Source: Candidatus Thorarchaeota archaeon (GTDB lineage Archaea; Asgardarchaeota; Thorarchaeia; Thorarchaeales; Thorarchaeaceae). From it: DNA of 32,000 bases. Within the stretch, counting starts at the first letter, position 1. The number at the start of each line of letters is the position of its first letter. Positions 9,069 through 17,642 of this stretch are shown here, piece after piece. Where the stretch lies: positions 90,001-122,000 of the forward strand of contig SHMX01000006.1 of NCBI GenBank assembly GCA_008080745.1, written 5' to 3'. The notes beneath the pieces are model-generated. The model saw only the letters and a list, made by a program, of their open reading frames with translations. It was not told where the DNA came from and did not search any database. The position numbers and the translations under genes are program-made.

Positions 9069-11207
9069 TTAGCTCAAATCCAACATTATTTGAAATATCA
9101 GATTTTCGATGTTGATTCGATATTTAAACCTCTGACCACCCCAATTACAAGAAGTATAATTCTCTGAAATTAGGGTATTTTTCAGTAATGAATACATCAC
9201 ACCATTTTGACTGTAAATTTGCCGCTTGGACACCTTGGCTCCCATATGTATCTGGTATTTATTTCTCCATCCATATTCGTAAGGAGTTAATGAGTAGTCA
9301 CTTGCTAAGTCTTGGAGGAATTCATTAAATAGATAATAAATAACAGAATACATTTCACGATTGAGAATACTATCAAGAAATTTCCAACACCTATCGATTG
9401 TAAGATTTGAGAATATACGTTGTAAATTGATTACCAAGTATTGTGAGTAGGGGTACATCAGTGTACGTTCCTTGATTTTTTCTAATAATAGAAAAGCCAC
9501 GCCTATAGGAAATATAATAAGAACGAAGATTTTCAAGATTGGGGTCAGATTAGATAGAATCAATAGTGGAGGTTGTAATTCGTAATCAAACGTATTCGTG
9601 CTATTGATATTACCATCAAAATCTTGGACAATAATTTCAAATTGGATAACACTGAAACTTCCAATCATAATATCTGTTGACCAACCACATTCATTTTTTG
9701 TCATCTCTGTAACATTCCAGATATTGGATGAGTCAATCGAGTAATTTAACCTCATTATTTCAATTGAAGAATTAGTGGAAGCAACAATTGTTACATTTGA
9801 CATATCATGGTAGATTTCCAAATTCAAGGATATCGAAGGAGGTTTATAGTTAATAGACTCCCTCATACTGATTACGACATCAACACTCATGATAGGATAA
9901 AGGTCTTGTATCCCGAATTCAATTGTGTAAGGTTCGTCAGCAATAAGATCTCCGTCATCATCTTCGCCCTGATATGAGGCATAATAATTTCCGTATTTCG
10001 CATTACAGAATTCTATGAAACCAAGTTCTGTACCACTGATTAAATCTGAGGAGGGTTGAATTAAAGCGTTTACGAAAACTCGTCCAGAACTTTCCCAAAA
10101 ATTCATGCTCGTAAGCATTGACCGATTTATAATATTTCCAAAGATACAGACGTTCTCTACTTCAGTACAAGATAGACCCCAACCTTTTGACATTATAATA
10201 TCATTCAGAACTATATCGATTCCTCCAGATCTATAAATTTCAATTCCATCTCCACTTGAATAGTATACAGAATTAGATGAAATGGTAATATCTTCAGTAT
10301 ATTGAACCAATAAAGAATGACAATTCTCCAATGTGTTATTTTGAATATTGCTATCAATACACTCAAAGAACCTTATTCCTGAGCGATTGGATTGTATAAT
10401 GAGATTGTTACTGAGAGTTGCATTTTTTGTTCTGCAAACATAGATTGCATTTTCATTACTCGACGCAATGGTATTGCAAGATATTATGGAATTGTTTGTG
10501 GTGTCAACGAATATACCATTAAGAGATGATTCAAATATTGAATTATTTTTAATATATATATCTGAACTCTGAATAACATCAATCGCATCGCCATTCGATT
10601 CAAACAGATTTCCGAAAATAGTAACTTCTGATGCATAAGCGACTTCAATCCCAATATTGGATCCCGAAATGTTATTGTGAGTCAGGATTGTTTTTTGTGC
10701 TTCATGGACTTTTATGGCTCTTTTAGGCTGATTGAAAAAGGAACAATTTTGAACGAGCGAATCAAAACCGCTAATATGAATTAGCTCCTTTGTTATATAT
10801 CCTGCATAGAACATGCAATCAATGAGTTCGACGATAGAACCTTCATGGGAAATAAAATACCACTCAAACTCCTCAATCGATCTAATGTACGTGTTTTCTA
10901 GTTTCAGGAAACCACCGTTTTTTACTATGATATTGCAATAATCTTGAGTAGCAATTATTGTGCAATTATCAAAGAGTATTCTTTCGTCTTTAGAAATATA
11001 AATTGAAGTTTCTAGTTCGAATATTTTGTTGCGGTAGACACTTGTGTAATCATTACTCTTCTGCTTAATCATGTTAGAATCAAAGTGAGATGAGTAGGGA
11101 ATAATATCAGGGAATCCAAAAATAGAGGTGCCAAATATCTGTAGGGAAAATAGTGATAGGAATAACAATGAAACTATTCGTTTACTATCAAATCCTGCCC
11201 TTCTCAA
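9069..11207 (-). CDS. Single-pass receptor-like protein: NosD/CASH beta-helix, Ig-like domain, TM, cytoplasmic winged-helix domain
   Basis: TTG start with GGTGTGA upstream. N-terminal hydrophobic segment. Beta-helix repeats ending in GNYY..YQGEDDDGDLIADEPY. TM ILKIFVLIIFPIGVAFLLL. C-terminal GWRNKYQIH...IYSQNG...WGGQRFKYRI. Confidence 0.85.
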   Translation of the reverse strand: MRRAGFDSKRIVSLLFLSLFSLQIFGTSIFGFPDIIPYSSHFDSNMIKQKSNDYTSVYRNKIFELETSIYISKDERILFDNCTIIATQDYCNIIVKNGGFLKLENTYIRSIEEFEWYFISHEGSIVELIDCMFYAGYITKELIHISGFDSLVQNCSFFNQPKRAIKVHEAQKTILTHNNISGSNIGIEVAYASEVTIFGNLFESNGDAIDVIQSSDIYIKNNSIFESSLNGIFVDTTNNSIISCNTIASSNENAIYVCRTKNATLSNNLIIQSNRSGIRFFECIDSNIQNNTLENCHSLLVQYTEDITISSNSVYYSSGDGIEIYRSGGIDIVLNDIIMSKGWGLSCTEVENVCIFGNIINRSMLTSMNFWESSGRVFVNALIQPSSDLISGTELGFIEFCNAKYGNYYASYQGEDDDGDLIADEPYTIEFGIQDLYPIMSVDVVISMRESINYKPPSISLNLEIYHDMSNVTIVASTNSSIEIMRLNYSIDSSNIWNVTEMTKNECGWSTDIMIGSFSVIQFEIIVQDFDGNINSTNTFDYELQPPLLILSNLTPILKIFVLIIFPIGVAFLLLEKIKERTLMYPYSQYLVINLQRIFSNLTIDRCWKFLDSILNREMYSVIYYLFNEFLQDLASDYSLTPYEYGWRNKYQIHMGAKVSKRQIYSQNGVMYSLLKNTLISENYTSCNWGGQRFKYRINIENLIFQIMLDLS

Positions 11208-11600
11208 TTGTCACACCGATTTCAAGCAATAATTATATTTGTGAAATATATTAGTTCTTCTGGTCTTTTATAACATATCTATAAAAATTCAAAATATTTT
11301 CATCTGATAGAACAGGTATGGAGAGTCATGTGATATATGAGAATCAGAAGTGTCTACTGAGTTTCATGGACGAAAGCTCAATGCATGTATTATTAATTTC
11401 ACAGAAAGATTTTGAAATCATATTCAAAGCCTAGGAAATAAATTGAAGCCTAGCATCATTCTAACTCTGTATTTCTTCAAATATTTAATCGAACCACAAG
11501 GATTTAAACAAGTGACAGAAATATTTCTAATTGAGGCCGCAAACCAATTGAAGGATAATTCATAATACTCTCAATTTTTAGCGGCTGGGAGACAAATGAA

Positions 11601-11774
11601 ATGAGTAAGAAAATCAAAAAGTTTGTTAGTGTTCTTGGCGGTAAAGTAGATGTCACCTGCGATGAATGTGGTGGCAAGATGCGTCCAGGCGGTCACTATC
11701 AATTAGATCATGGCGATGACAGCTACCAGTTCTGTAGTGAGAAATGCATGGAAGCCTACGAAGCCAAGATGTAG
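11601..11774 (+). CDS. Small TRASH/YHS-type metal-binding protein (57 aa), absent from the ORF track
   Basis: MSKKIKKFVSVLGGKVDVTCDECGGKMRPGGHYQLDHGDDSYQFCSEKCMEAYEAKM*. C-x2-C-x21-C-x3-C with FCS. GGGAG upstream and a hairpin downstream. Confidence 0.85.
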   Translation: MSKKIKKFVSVLGGKVDVTCDECGGKMRPGGHYQLDHGDDSYQFCSEKCMEAYEAKM

Positions 11775-11792
11775 TGGAAACAGAAAAGCATC

Positions 11793-11809
11793 GGGGTCGT
11801 CCAGGCCCC
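11793..11809. terminator. Hairpin between convergent genes
   Basis: GGGGTC-GTCCA-GGCCCC followed by TTTCTAATTTTT, between stops at 11774 (+) and 11850 (-). Confidence 0.5.
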
Positions 11810-11849
11810 TTTCTAATTTTTATTCTTACACCTCATTCAATTTTTCCAA

Positions 11850-13271
11850 TCAATGATGATGTTCACCGAGAGGTGACATCGCTCCAAATGCTCTTTGGAC
11901 CACTTCTGGTAGAGCTGGATGTATATGAATTGCTCTAAACATTGGCATGAAACTTCTATTTTCAGTGTACATGAGATTAGTAATTTCCTGAATAAGAATC
12001 GGAGCATAGGGTCCTATAATTGAAGCACCAAGAATCTCGCCAGACTTTCTATCTGCTATCACTCTGACAAATCCATTAGGTCTACCCATAGCCATACCTT
12101 TTGCAACATTCTCATACTTGCTTTTTCCCACAAGTAGCTCGCGATCAGTTTCTTTTGCTTCTTTCAGGGTCATTCCTACTGTAGCAACCTGAGGATACGA
12201 AAAGACAGCTCTAGGTATAGCATGATAACTCATACTTGCTAACTCAACCTCATCACTCCCATCCTCTTCAGCTTTCATGACTTGAGTAATATTATGTTGA
12301 ACAACCTGAGATTGGTCATTTGCTACATGCCTGAACATATCGTGTCCTAAAGCATCTCCAAAGGCCCAAATATTCTTCTTGGACGTTCTAAGGAACTCGT
12401 CAACCTTTATCCAACCATGTTCATCTGTTTCTACGCCCGTTTTTTCAGGTTTAAAGAGGTCCGCATTGGATCGTCGTCCAGTGGCAATCAATATCTCTTC
12501 TGCCCTAAACTCCTTTGTATCTCCAGAAGACCTATCTCTAGCGATTGCTACTTTGAGTCCTCCATCTTCTTTTACCTCAATAACCTCATGATTTGTTAGA
12601 ACTGTCATCCTTTTCGATAGTTCATTTTCTAATAGTTCGGAAACGTCTTTATCTTCATCAGGTACGAGATATTTGTTTCTTCCAAGGATGGTAATTTTGA
12701 CCCCTACTGCATCAAAGAAATGGGCGAATTCAGCGGCAACATAACCTCCACCAACAATAATGAAAGACTCGGGTTTTTTCTTTATGTCCATTAAGGTCTT
12801 GTTCGTATGATAATCAATATCCTCGATTCCTTTTATTTTCGGTATGAGTGGTCTTGCTCCCGCGGCAATTATAATATGTGGAGCAGTTATTTTTTCATCT
12901 CCAACTTTCATAGTGTAATCATCCACAAACTCACCAGTTACTTCATACCAATCATAATTTTCTGCTTGTCTGATTGATTCGCCCATCTTATTAGAATCGG
13001 GGCGAATCTCCTCACGCATCCTATTCATTATTCCCTCAAAGTCAATAGATTCTACTCCAAACTTGACACCTAGTTTTTTGCCATGTTCTGATTGTACAAT
13101 TAGATCAGCAACATACGTCAGAATCTTTGTTGGGATGCAACCTCTATTTAGACAAGTTCCACCCATACGTCCATGCTCAACAAGGGCCACTTTCATGCCT
13201 CTTTGGTATATAGAAGAAGCAACATTTGTACCAGCTCCAGAACCAATGACAATTAGATCGTATTCTTTCAT
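11850..13271 (-). CDS. Class I pyridine nucleotide-disulfide oxidoreductase (dihydrolipoamide dehydrogenase / mycothione reductase-like)
   Basis: IVIGSGAG FAD motif, redox disulfide GGTCLNRGCIPTK, GGGYVAAE, IWAFGD, and C-terminal His-Glu pair HIHPALPE. Confidence 0.9.
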   Translation of the reverse strand: MKEYDLIVIGSGAGTNVASSIYQRGMKVALVEHGRMGGTCLNRGCIPTKILTYVADLIVQSEHGKKLGVKFGVESIDFEGIMNRMREEIRPDSNKMGESIRQAENYDWYEVTGEFVDDYTMKVGDEKITAPHIIIAAGARPLIPKIKGIEDIDYHTNKTLMDIKKKPESFIIVGGGYVAAEFAHFFDAVGVKITILGRNKYLVPDEDKDVSELLENELSKRMTVLTNHEVIEVKEDGGLKVAIARDRSSGDTKEFRAEEILIATGRRSNADLFKPEKTGVETDEHGWIKVDEFLRTSKKNIWAFGDALGHDMFRHVANDQSQVVQHNITQVMKAEEDGSDEVELASMSYHAIPRAVFSYPQVATVGMTLKEAKETDRELLVGKSKYENVAKGMAMGRPNGFVRVIADRKSGEILGASIIGPYAPILIQEITNLMYTENRSFMPMFRAIHIHPALPEVVQRAFGAMSPLGEHHH

Positions 13272-13447
13272 ATTAGACCCAACTCTCTAAACTATCGTTT
13301 AATGAATTTTTAGCCTGATAAACTTGCTGATAGTGTATCTTTGGATAAAATACAGAAAAAAGAATCCAACAGATTAATAATCCAACTATGGTATTCGCAC
13401 AAAGCATCTAGCGAAGTCAATGAAATTACACCAATTGAGGATTTACT

Positions 13448-13669
13448 ATGACACTTACTCAGAAGTTAAAATCATACTTGAGCGATTGGAAGAATCTAGC
13501 AACTCATGCAATCGTAGGAATTATGTTAATGGCGGTTATATTCATCATTCCAGTTCATATTCATTTCAGAATTAGTATTCTGTTTTCCGTTGTAATTATC
13601 AACATTATCAGAATGAGAGTTGAAAATGCAGAGGAACCCGTACTTGAAGATGAATCCAGTTTGATTTAA
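13448..13669 (+). CDS. Small two-TM membrane protein
   Basis: GAGGA upstream of the ATG. Two hydrophobic segments and an acidic tail. Confidence 0.65.
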   Translation: MTLTQKLKSYLSDWKNLATHAIVGIMLMAVIFIIPVHIHFRISILFSVVIINIIRMRVENAEEPVLEDESSLI

Positions 13670-13716
13670 TCGTGTTATTTCACAAGTACTCTTGTTATTT
13701 GATGGTTCATTTTATC

Positions 13717-14655
13717 CTATAAATTATAGAAGAGATGTGCATTTCTCCAGTATAACTTCTCTAAAATGGACATGGGAAGGTCTAATCCATTGATGAATGT
13801 ACCTCCCAAGTCCTTTGTATCTTGGTCGACAAAAGGAAGCGGTCTGTGTTCTACATCAGTATCCCAGAGAAGACGCTGTGCCACATACCGACCTGAATAG
13901 TATTCATGTTCACCTCTGTTACTACCTACATCGGTCCCAAACAGAATACGGTCAGCATATTGCAAAATAAATTGACGAGAAGTGTCTGGATCTTTACTCA
14001 ACTCTCTAGCCATCCATCGAGATGAAGCTGTATCAAGAACAATGTTCGGAAATGTATCCATCCATCTAGCTAGATTGTCTAATCGGTGAATTTCAGGTTG
14101 TGATCCGAAATGAGCTATCTGTAACCTTAGAGATGGAAACTGTAAGAGAACATTTTCCAGTTGTTGTAAATTTTCATCTTTTGTTCCATATTTGGAAGTA
14201 TCATGGTAGAGGGTCTCAAAGTACGTATCAGGGTCACCAACATGAATGATTAGAGGTATCTCTTCTTTCTCTATCATCTCAAAGAATGGATTTAGACGAG
14301 AATCATCTAATCTGAAACTATTATTCTCGTCTTCAACGTAGTCTCTCCAACGAGGTCCAAACCACATTTTCAAGAGTGAATATCCCTCATCATATAATGT
14401 TGAAACTTCCTCCAAAAGGAGTTGAACATTATAACGAGTAGTTTCACTTGTTGGAAGATACTTGGCAAAAATGATTCTATCGGCATATTTAGATCTAGCA
14501 TAGTCCAAGACTTTAGGGGTATGAACTATTCCAATTTGCTTACATATGTCAAATTCATCTTCTATAGCTAGCATCTTTGCTAGTCCTTCATGCCCAATAT
14601 GAGTATGAGCATCAAAAATTGGACCGCTATATTTCCATGATCCCGTCACAGTCAA
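13717..14655 (-). CDS. Amidohydrolase_2-family metal-dependent hydrolase
   Basis: IFDAHTH (HxH), IIHVGDP, IAHFG, and ILFGTD, the typical TIM-barrel metal ligands. Confidence 0.85.
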   Translation of the reverse strand: MTVTGSWKYSGPIFDAHTHIGHEGLAKMLAIEDEFDICKQIGIVHTPKVLDYARSKYADRIIFAKYLPTSETTRYNVQLLLEEVSTLYDEGYSLLKMWFGPRWRDYVEDENNSFRLDDSRLNPFFEMIEKEEIPLIIHVGDPDTYFETLYHDTSKYGTKDENLQQLENVLLQFPSLRLQIAHFGSQPEIHRLDNLARWMDTFPNIVLDTASSRWMARELSKDPDTSRQFILQYADRILFGTDVGSNRGEHEYYSGRYVAQRLLWDTDVEHRPLPFVDQDTKDLGGTFINGLDLPMSILEKLYWRNAHLFYNL

Positions 14656-14863
14656 TCAAGTCGCTGATATAATCATAGTTGAAAAGGGATTCTTTATGAG
14701 CATAATTTGGAATCTATACAGACATGATTATTGTCTTAGAATGCTATGAAATGATTTTGAGTAATTTAGGTATCAGATTTGGAAGAGATACTAATTGATT
14801 CTTCAGTTCATCTCAATAAAAGATCCTGAATACAAATCATTTGAAATTCTATGATCTAACGAG

Positions 14864-15481
14864 TTAATCACCTTTTTTCCGCTTCCAGGTCACATATCGC
14901 TTGTAGACAAGCACGAACAATGATAGTCCAATCATGATAGTGAAGAGAACAAATATGATAGGATTCGCGAAATCAGTGCCAATTAGTACTCCGTGAATAT
15001 ATGCCAGCATCAAAGCAATGTAGATTGACATGTGAAAGAACCTCCAGTACTTTGGAAGTGTTCTCCTTGCAAACCCAAAAAATAGAGAAATGTAAATTAG
15101 ATATATAGCTGGACGTCCACCGAGAATTAGAAAATTCTCTAGTGATGAAACATCAGGAACGAATACTGCTATACTCATAACCTTGACTGCTAGAGTGAGT
15201 GGATGTATTGTGACTAGTATTAGGCCAAGAATAGCAAATAGATGGTGAATCTGTACGTATGAACGCCCGAATAGTTGGTAAATCTGACGAGTAAAGCCAG
15301 AAAAAACAGAAGCCAAAAAGAGTGATACAAATCCAGTAAGTGCAGAATAACGGATGATTGTTGAAGATATATCAGAGGATGGCTCTATCAATACAGGTAT
15401 TGAAACCAACACAAAGAGAATTAGAATTGAGAAAATCACAAATATCTTCTGGAAAGTTCTATCGGATAAGGCCCTAACCAA
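14864..15481 (-). CDS. Ferric-reductase-like / MsrQ-like heme-b transmembrane protein
   Basis: About six TM helices with two His pairs each 13 residues apart (IHHLF...TIHP and FFHMS...YIHG). No FAD or NAD domain. Confidence 0.75.
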   Translation of the reverse strand: MVRALSDRTFQKIFVIFSILILFVLVSIPVLIEPSSDISSTIIRYSALTGFVSLFLASVFSGFTRQIYQLFGRSYVQIHHLFAILGLILVTIHPLTLAVKVMSIAVFVPDVSSLENFLILGGRPAIYLIYISLFFGFARRTLPKYWRFFHMSIYIALMLAYIHGVLIGTDFANPIIFVLFTIMIGLSLFVLVYKRYVTWKRKKGD

Positions 15482-15601
15482 GCTAATGCACCAATAATCA
15501 ATAGTTAATAGGGGTATATGAATGTTACAGAACCACCCATACTATGATTATTGCGCCAACCTTAAGAATGGGTAGCTAGAGAACGAAGATGAGGTCTCAA
15601 C

Positions 15602-17488
15602 ATGAGAATGCTACAGATTCATAGTGACGGCTTTTTATTTGAAGCAAAGAAAAAAGCAATTAAATCAGCTGAGAAAATTGAAGAGAAGAAATACTCGACA
15701 AAAGATTCGTGCCTAGTAAATTTCATTGCCGCCGAGACCTCTGATACACGAGATATTAGTAGAGCAGCTGAACTTACAGCGGAAATGATTGAAACTGCAG
15801 CTAATGAAGTCCAAGAGAAACATATCATAGTTTATCCATGGGTACATCTCACTGAGAAACCATCCCCTCCAAGTGCAGCTTTAAAACTTCTCAAAAAAGT
15901 TGAGAAGCATCTCGTTGAGAAGGGCTTTGAGGTATTCAGAGTTCCTTTTGGTTGGTACAAATCCTTTGCAATTCACTGTAAAGGTCATCCATTAGCTGAA
16001 CGTTCGAAAGTTCTAGATATCACTGAAACTACAAAAGGTGATATAGATTCCACTGAGGGCGAAGATCTTACTGCACTGCAAGCCGAAGATGAAGCCATCT
16101 CCCAGTTTTATATCATGGAACCCGATGGCAAAATGACCGAGTATGATAAGTTCGATTATACTGGATATGAAGAACTCAGATTGTATGTGAATTATGAAAC
16201 CGCTAAGGACAGGACCGCCCATGACCCACCAGCTCACATTGATATAATGAAACAGTTGGAACTTGTAGATTACGAGCCTGGTTCCGATGCTGGTAATTTC
16301 CGCTGGCCTTCCAGAGGTCTTACTCTAAAACGAGCAATTGAGAAAAGGGTAACACAGGAAATGGTAGATTATGGGGCTCATGTTCTTCAGACTCCATTGA
16401 TTTATGATTATCAACATCCAGCCCTCAAGTCCTATATGCAGAGATTCCCATCTAGACAGTATGTTGTTCGTTCTGGTGACCGAGACTATTTTGCAAGATT
16501 CTCTGCATGCTTTGGACAATTCCTCTTGATTTCACAGGCACAGATATCCTACAAGCAACTACCCTTGAAACTCTTTGAGATTGCTCCTTCATACAGAAGG
16601 GAGCAGAGTGGTGAGCTAGCAGGTATGCGAAGACCCCGAGCCTTCACTATGCCGGACATACACGAGATAGCTAGCGACATGGAAATGGCAAAAGAGGCGG
16701 TTCTCAACCAACTGGTCTTTGTTGAGAAACTAATGGACGAACTTGAAATTCAGTACGAGGTCTCCTTCAGGTTCCATCGTCCTTTCTTTGAAGAGAATAA
16801 GGAATTCATTGATACAGTTATTGCGAGGATTGGTAAGCCAGTAATGATTGAGATTTTCGAAGAACGATACGCCTACTTTGTTTTCAAAGGAGAATGGAAC
16901 GTAGTTGATGATCAGCAAAAGGCAGCTTGTCTTGGAACAATTCAGATTGATGTGGAAAATGGAGAACGGTTTGATATCACCTATGTTGATGAGGACGGAG
17001 AAAAGAAATATCCACTCATACTTCATACCTCACCATCAGGGTCAATTGAAAGAATCCTCTATGGGGTTCTTGAACAAGCAGTCAAAGATATGAAAATGGG
17101 AAAGAAACCTATGATTCCTGTCTGGATGACACCCGTTCAGGTCCGATTAGTACCAGTTGATGAGAGCATGGTTGATTACTGTAAGGATATAGGTTCTAAA
17201 TTGGATAAGGCTGGAATTCGGTATGAGATTGATGACCGAGACCAGACAGTTGGTAAGAAGATAAGGGCAGCCGAAAAGCTTTGGATCCCCTTCACTTGTG
17301 TAATTGGAGACCGAGAAAAAGAATCTGGAGAACTGGCGGTAAGAAGAAGACTCGAAAAGGACCAAGTTAAATGGACTCTTAAGGAACTCATTAAAACCGT
17401 TCACGAACTAACATCATTTGCACCGGAGCAAAAACTACTTTTGCCTTCACTAATCTCTAAACAGGCAATATTCTCAAGAACAGTCTAA
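15602..17488 (+). CDS. thrS: Threonine--tRNA ligase, archaeal type with N-terminal editing domain
   Basis: MRMLQIHSD N-terminus, PFGWYK, CKGHPLAE. Catalytic SACFGQF, YRREQSGE, FTMPDIH, ILHTSPSGSIER. Anticodon-binding domain DDRDQTVGKKIRAAE. Confidence 0.97.
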   Translation: MRMLQIHSDGFLFEAKKKAIKSAEKIEEKKYSTKDSCLVNFIAAETSDTRDISRAAELTAEMIETAANEVQEKHIIVYPWVHLTEKPSPPSAALKLLKKVEKHLVEKGFEVFRVPFGWYKSFAIHCKGHPLAERSKVLDITETTKGDIDSTEGEDLTALQAEDEAISQFYIMEPDGKMTEYDKFDYTGYEELRLYVNYETAKDRTAHDPPAHIDIMKQLELVDYEPGSDAGNFRWPSRGLTLKRAIEKRVTQEMVDYGAHVLQTPLIYDYQHPALKSYMQRFPSRQYVVRSGDRDYFARFSACFGQFLLISQAQISYKQLPLKLFEIAPSYRREQSGELAGMRRPRAFTMPDIHEIASDMEMAKEAVLNQLVFVEKLMDELEIQYEVSFRFHRPFFEENKEFIDTVIARIGKPVMIEIFEERYAYFVFKGEWNVVDDQQKAACLGTIQIDVENGERFDITYVDEDGEKKYPLILHTSPSGSIERILYGVLEQAVKDMKMGKKPMIPVWMTPVQVRLVPVDESMVDYCKDIGSKLDKAGIRYEIDDRDQTVGKKIRAAEKLWIPFTCVIGDREKESGELAVRRRLEKDQVKWTLKELIKTVHELTSFAPEQKLLLPSLISKQAIFSRTV

Positions 17489-17502
17489 TGAACAGGAATA
17501 CG

Positions 17503-17563
17503 AAAGTGACATCTACTGTGAAGTGAATATTCGAATATTAATAGATTAAGTAGATGTCATTTT
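17503..17563. terminator. Long nested stem-loop downstream of thrS
   Basis: TGACATCTACT (17507-17517) and AGTAGATGTCA (17549-17559) are a perfect 11-bp IR enclosing the palindrome AATATTCGAATATT (17526-17539), followed by TTTT. Confidence 0.55.
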
Positions 17564-17642
17564 AATAAAATAGAAAGTTGCTTATACGGAACTATTTTTA
17601 CTTAGTATAACCATATACTGGTTATTTCCGGTGGAAACAAGC

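Noticed and set aside
11234-11300. AT-only palindromes TATATTT-GTG-AAATATA and AAAATATTTT upstream of the receptor-wH gene
   Set aside because: Low complexity in a very AT-rich region, and they do not resemble the 5989-6016 repeat.
11318-11434. 38-aa ORF MESHVIYENQKCLLSFMDESS...
   Set aside because: Short, with no motif or convincing RBS. Expected by chance in this intergenic stretch.
11850-13271. Mercuric reductase (MerA), suggested by the adjacent TRASH protein
   Set aside because: It lacks the C-terminal Cys-Cys pair and an N-terminal HMA domain, and has the His-Glu pair of Lpd/Gor/Mtr-type enzymes.
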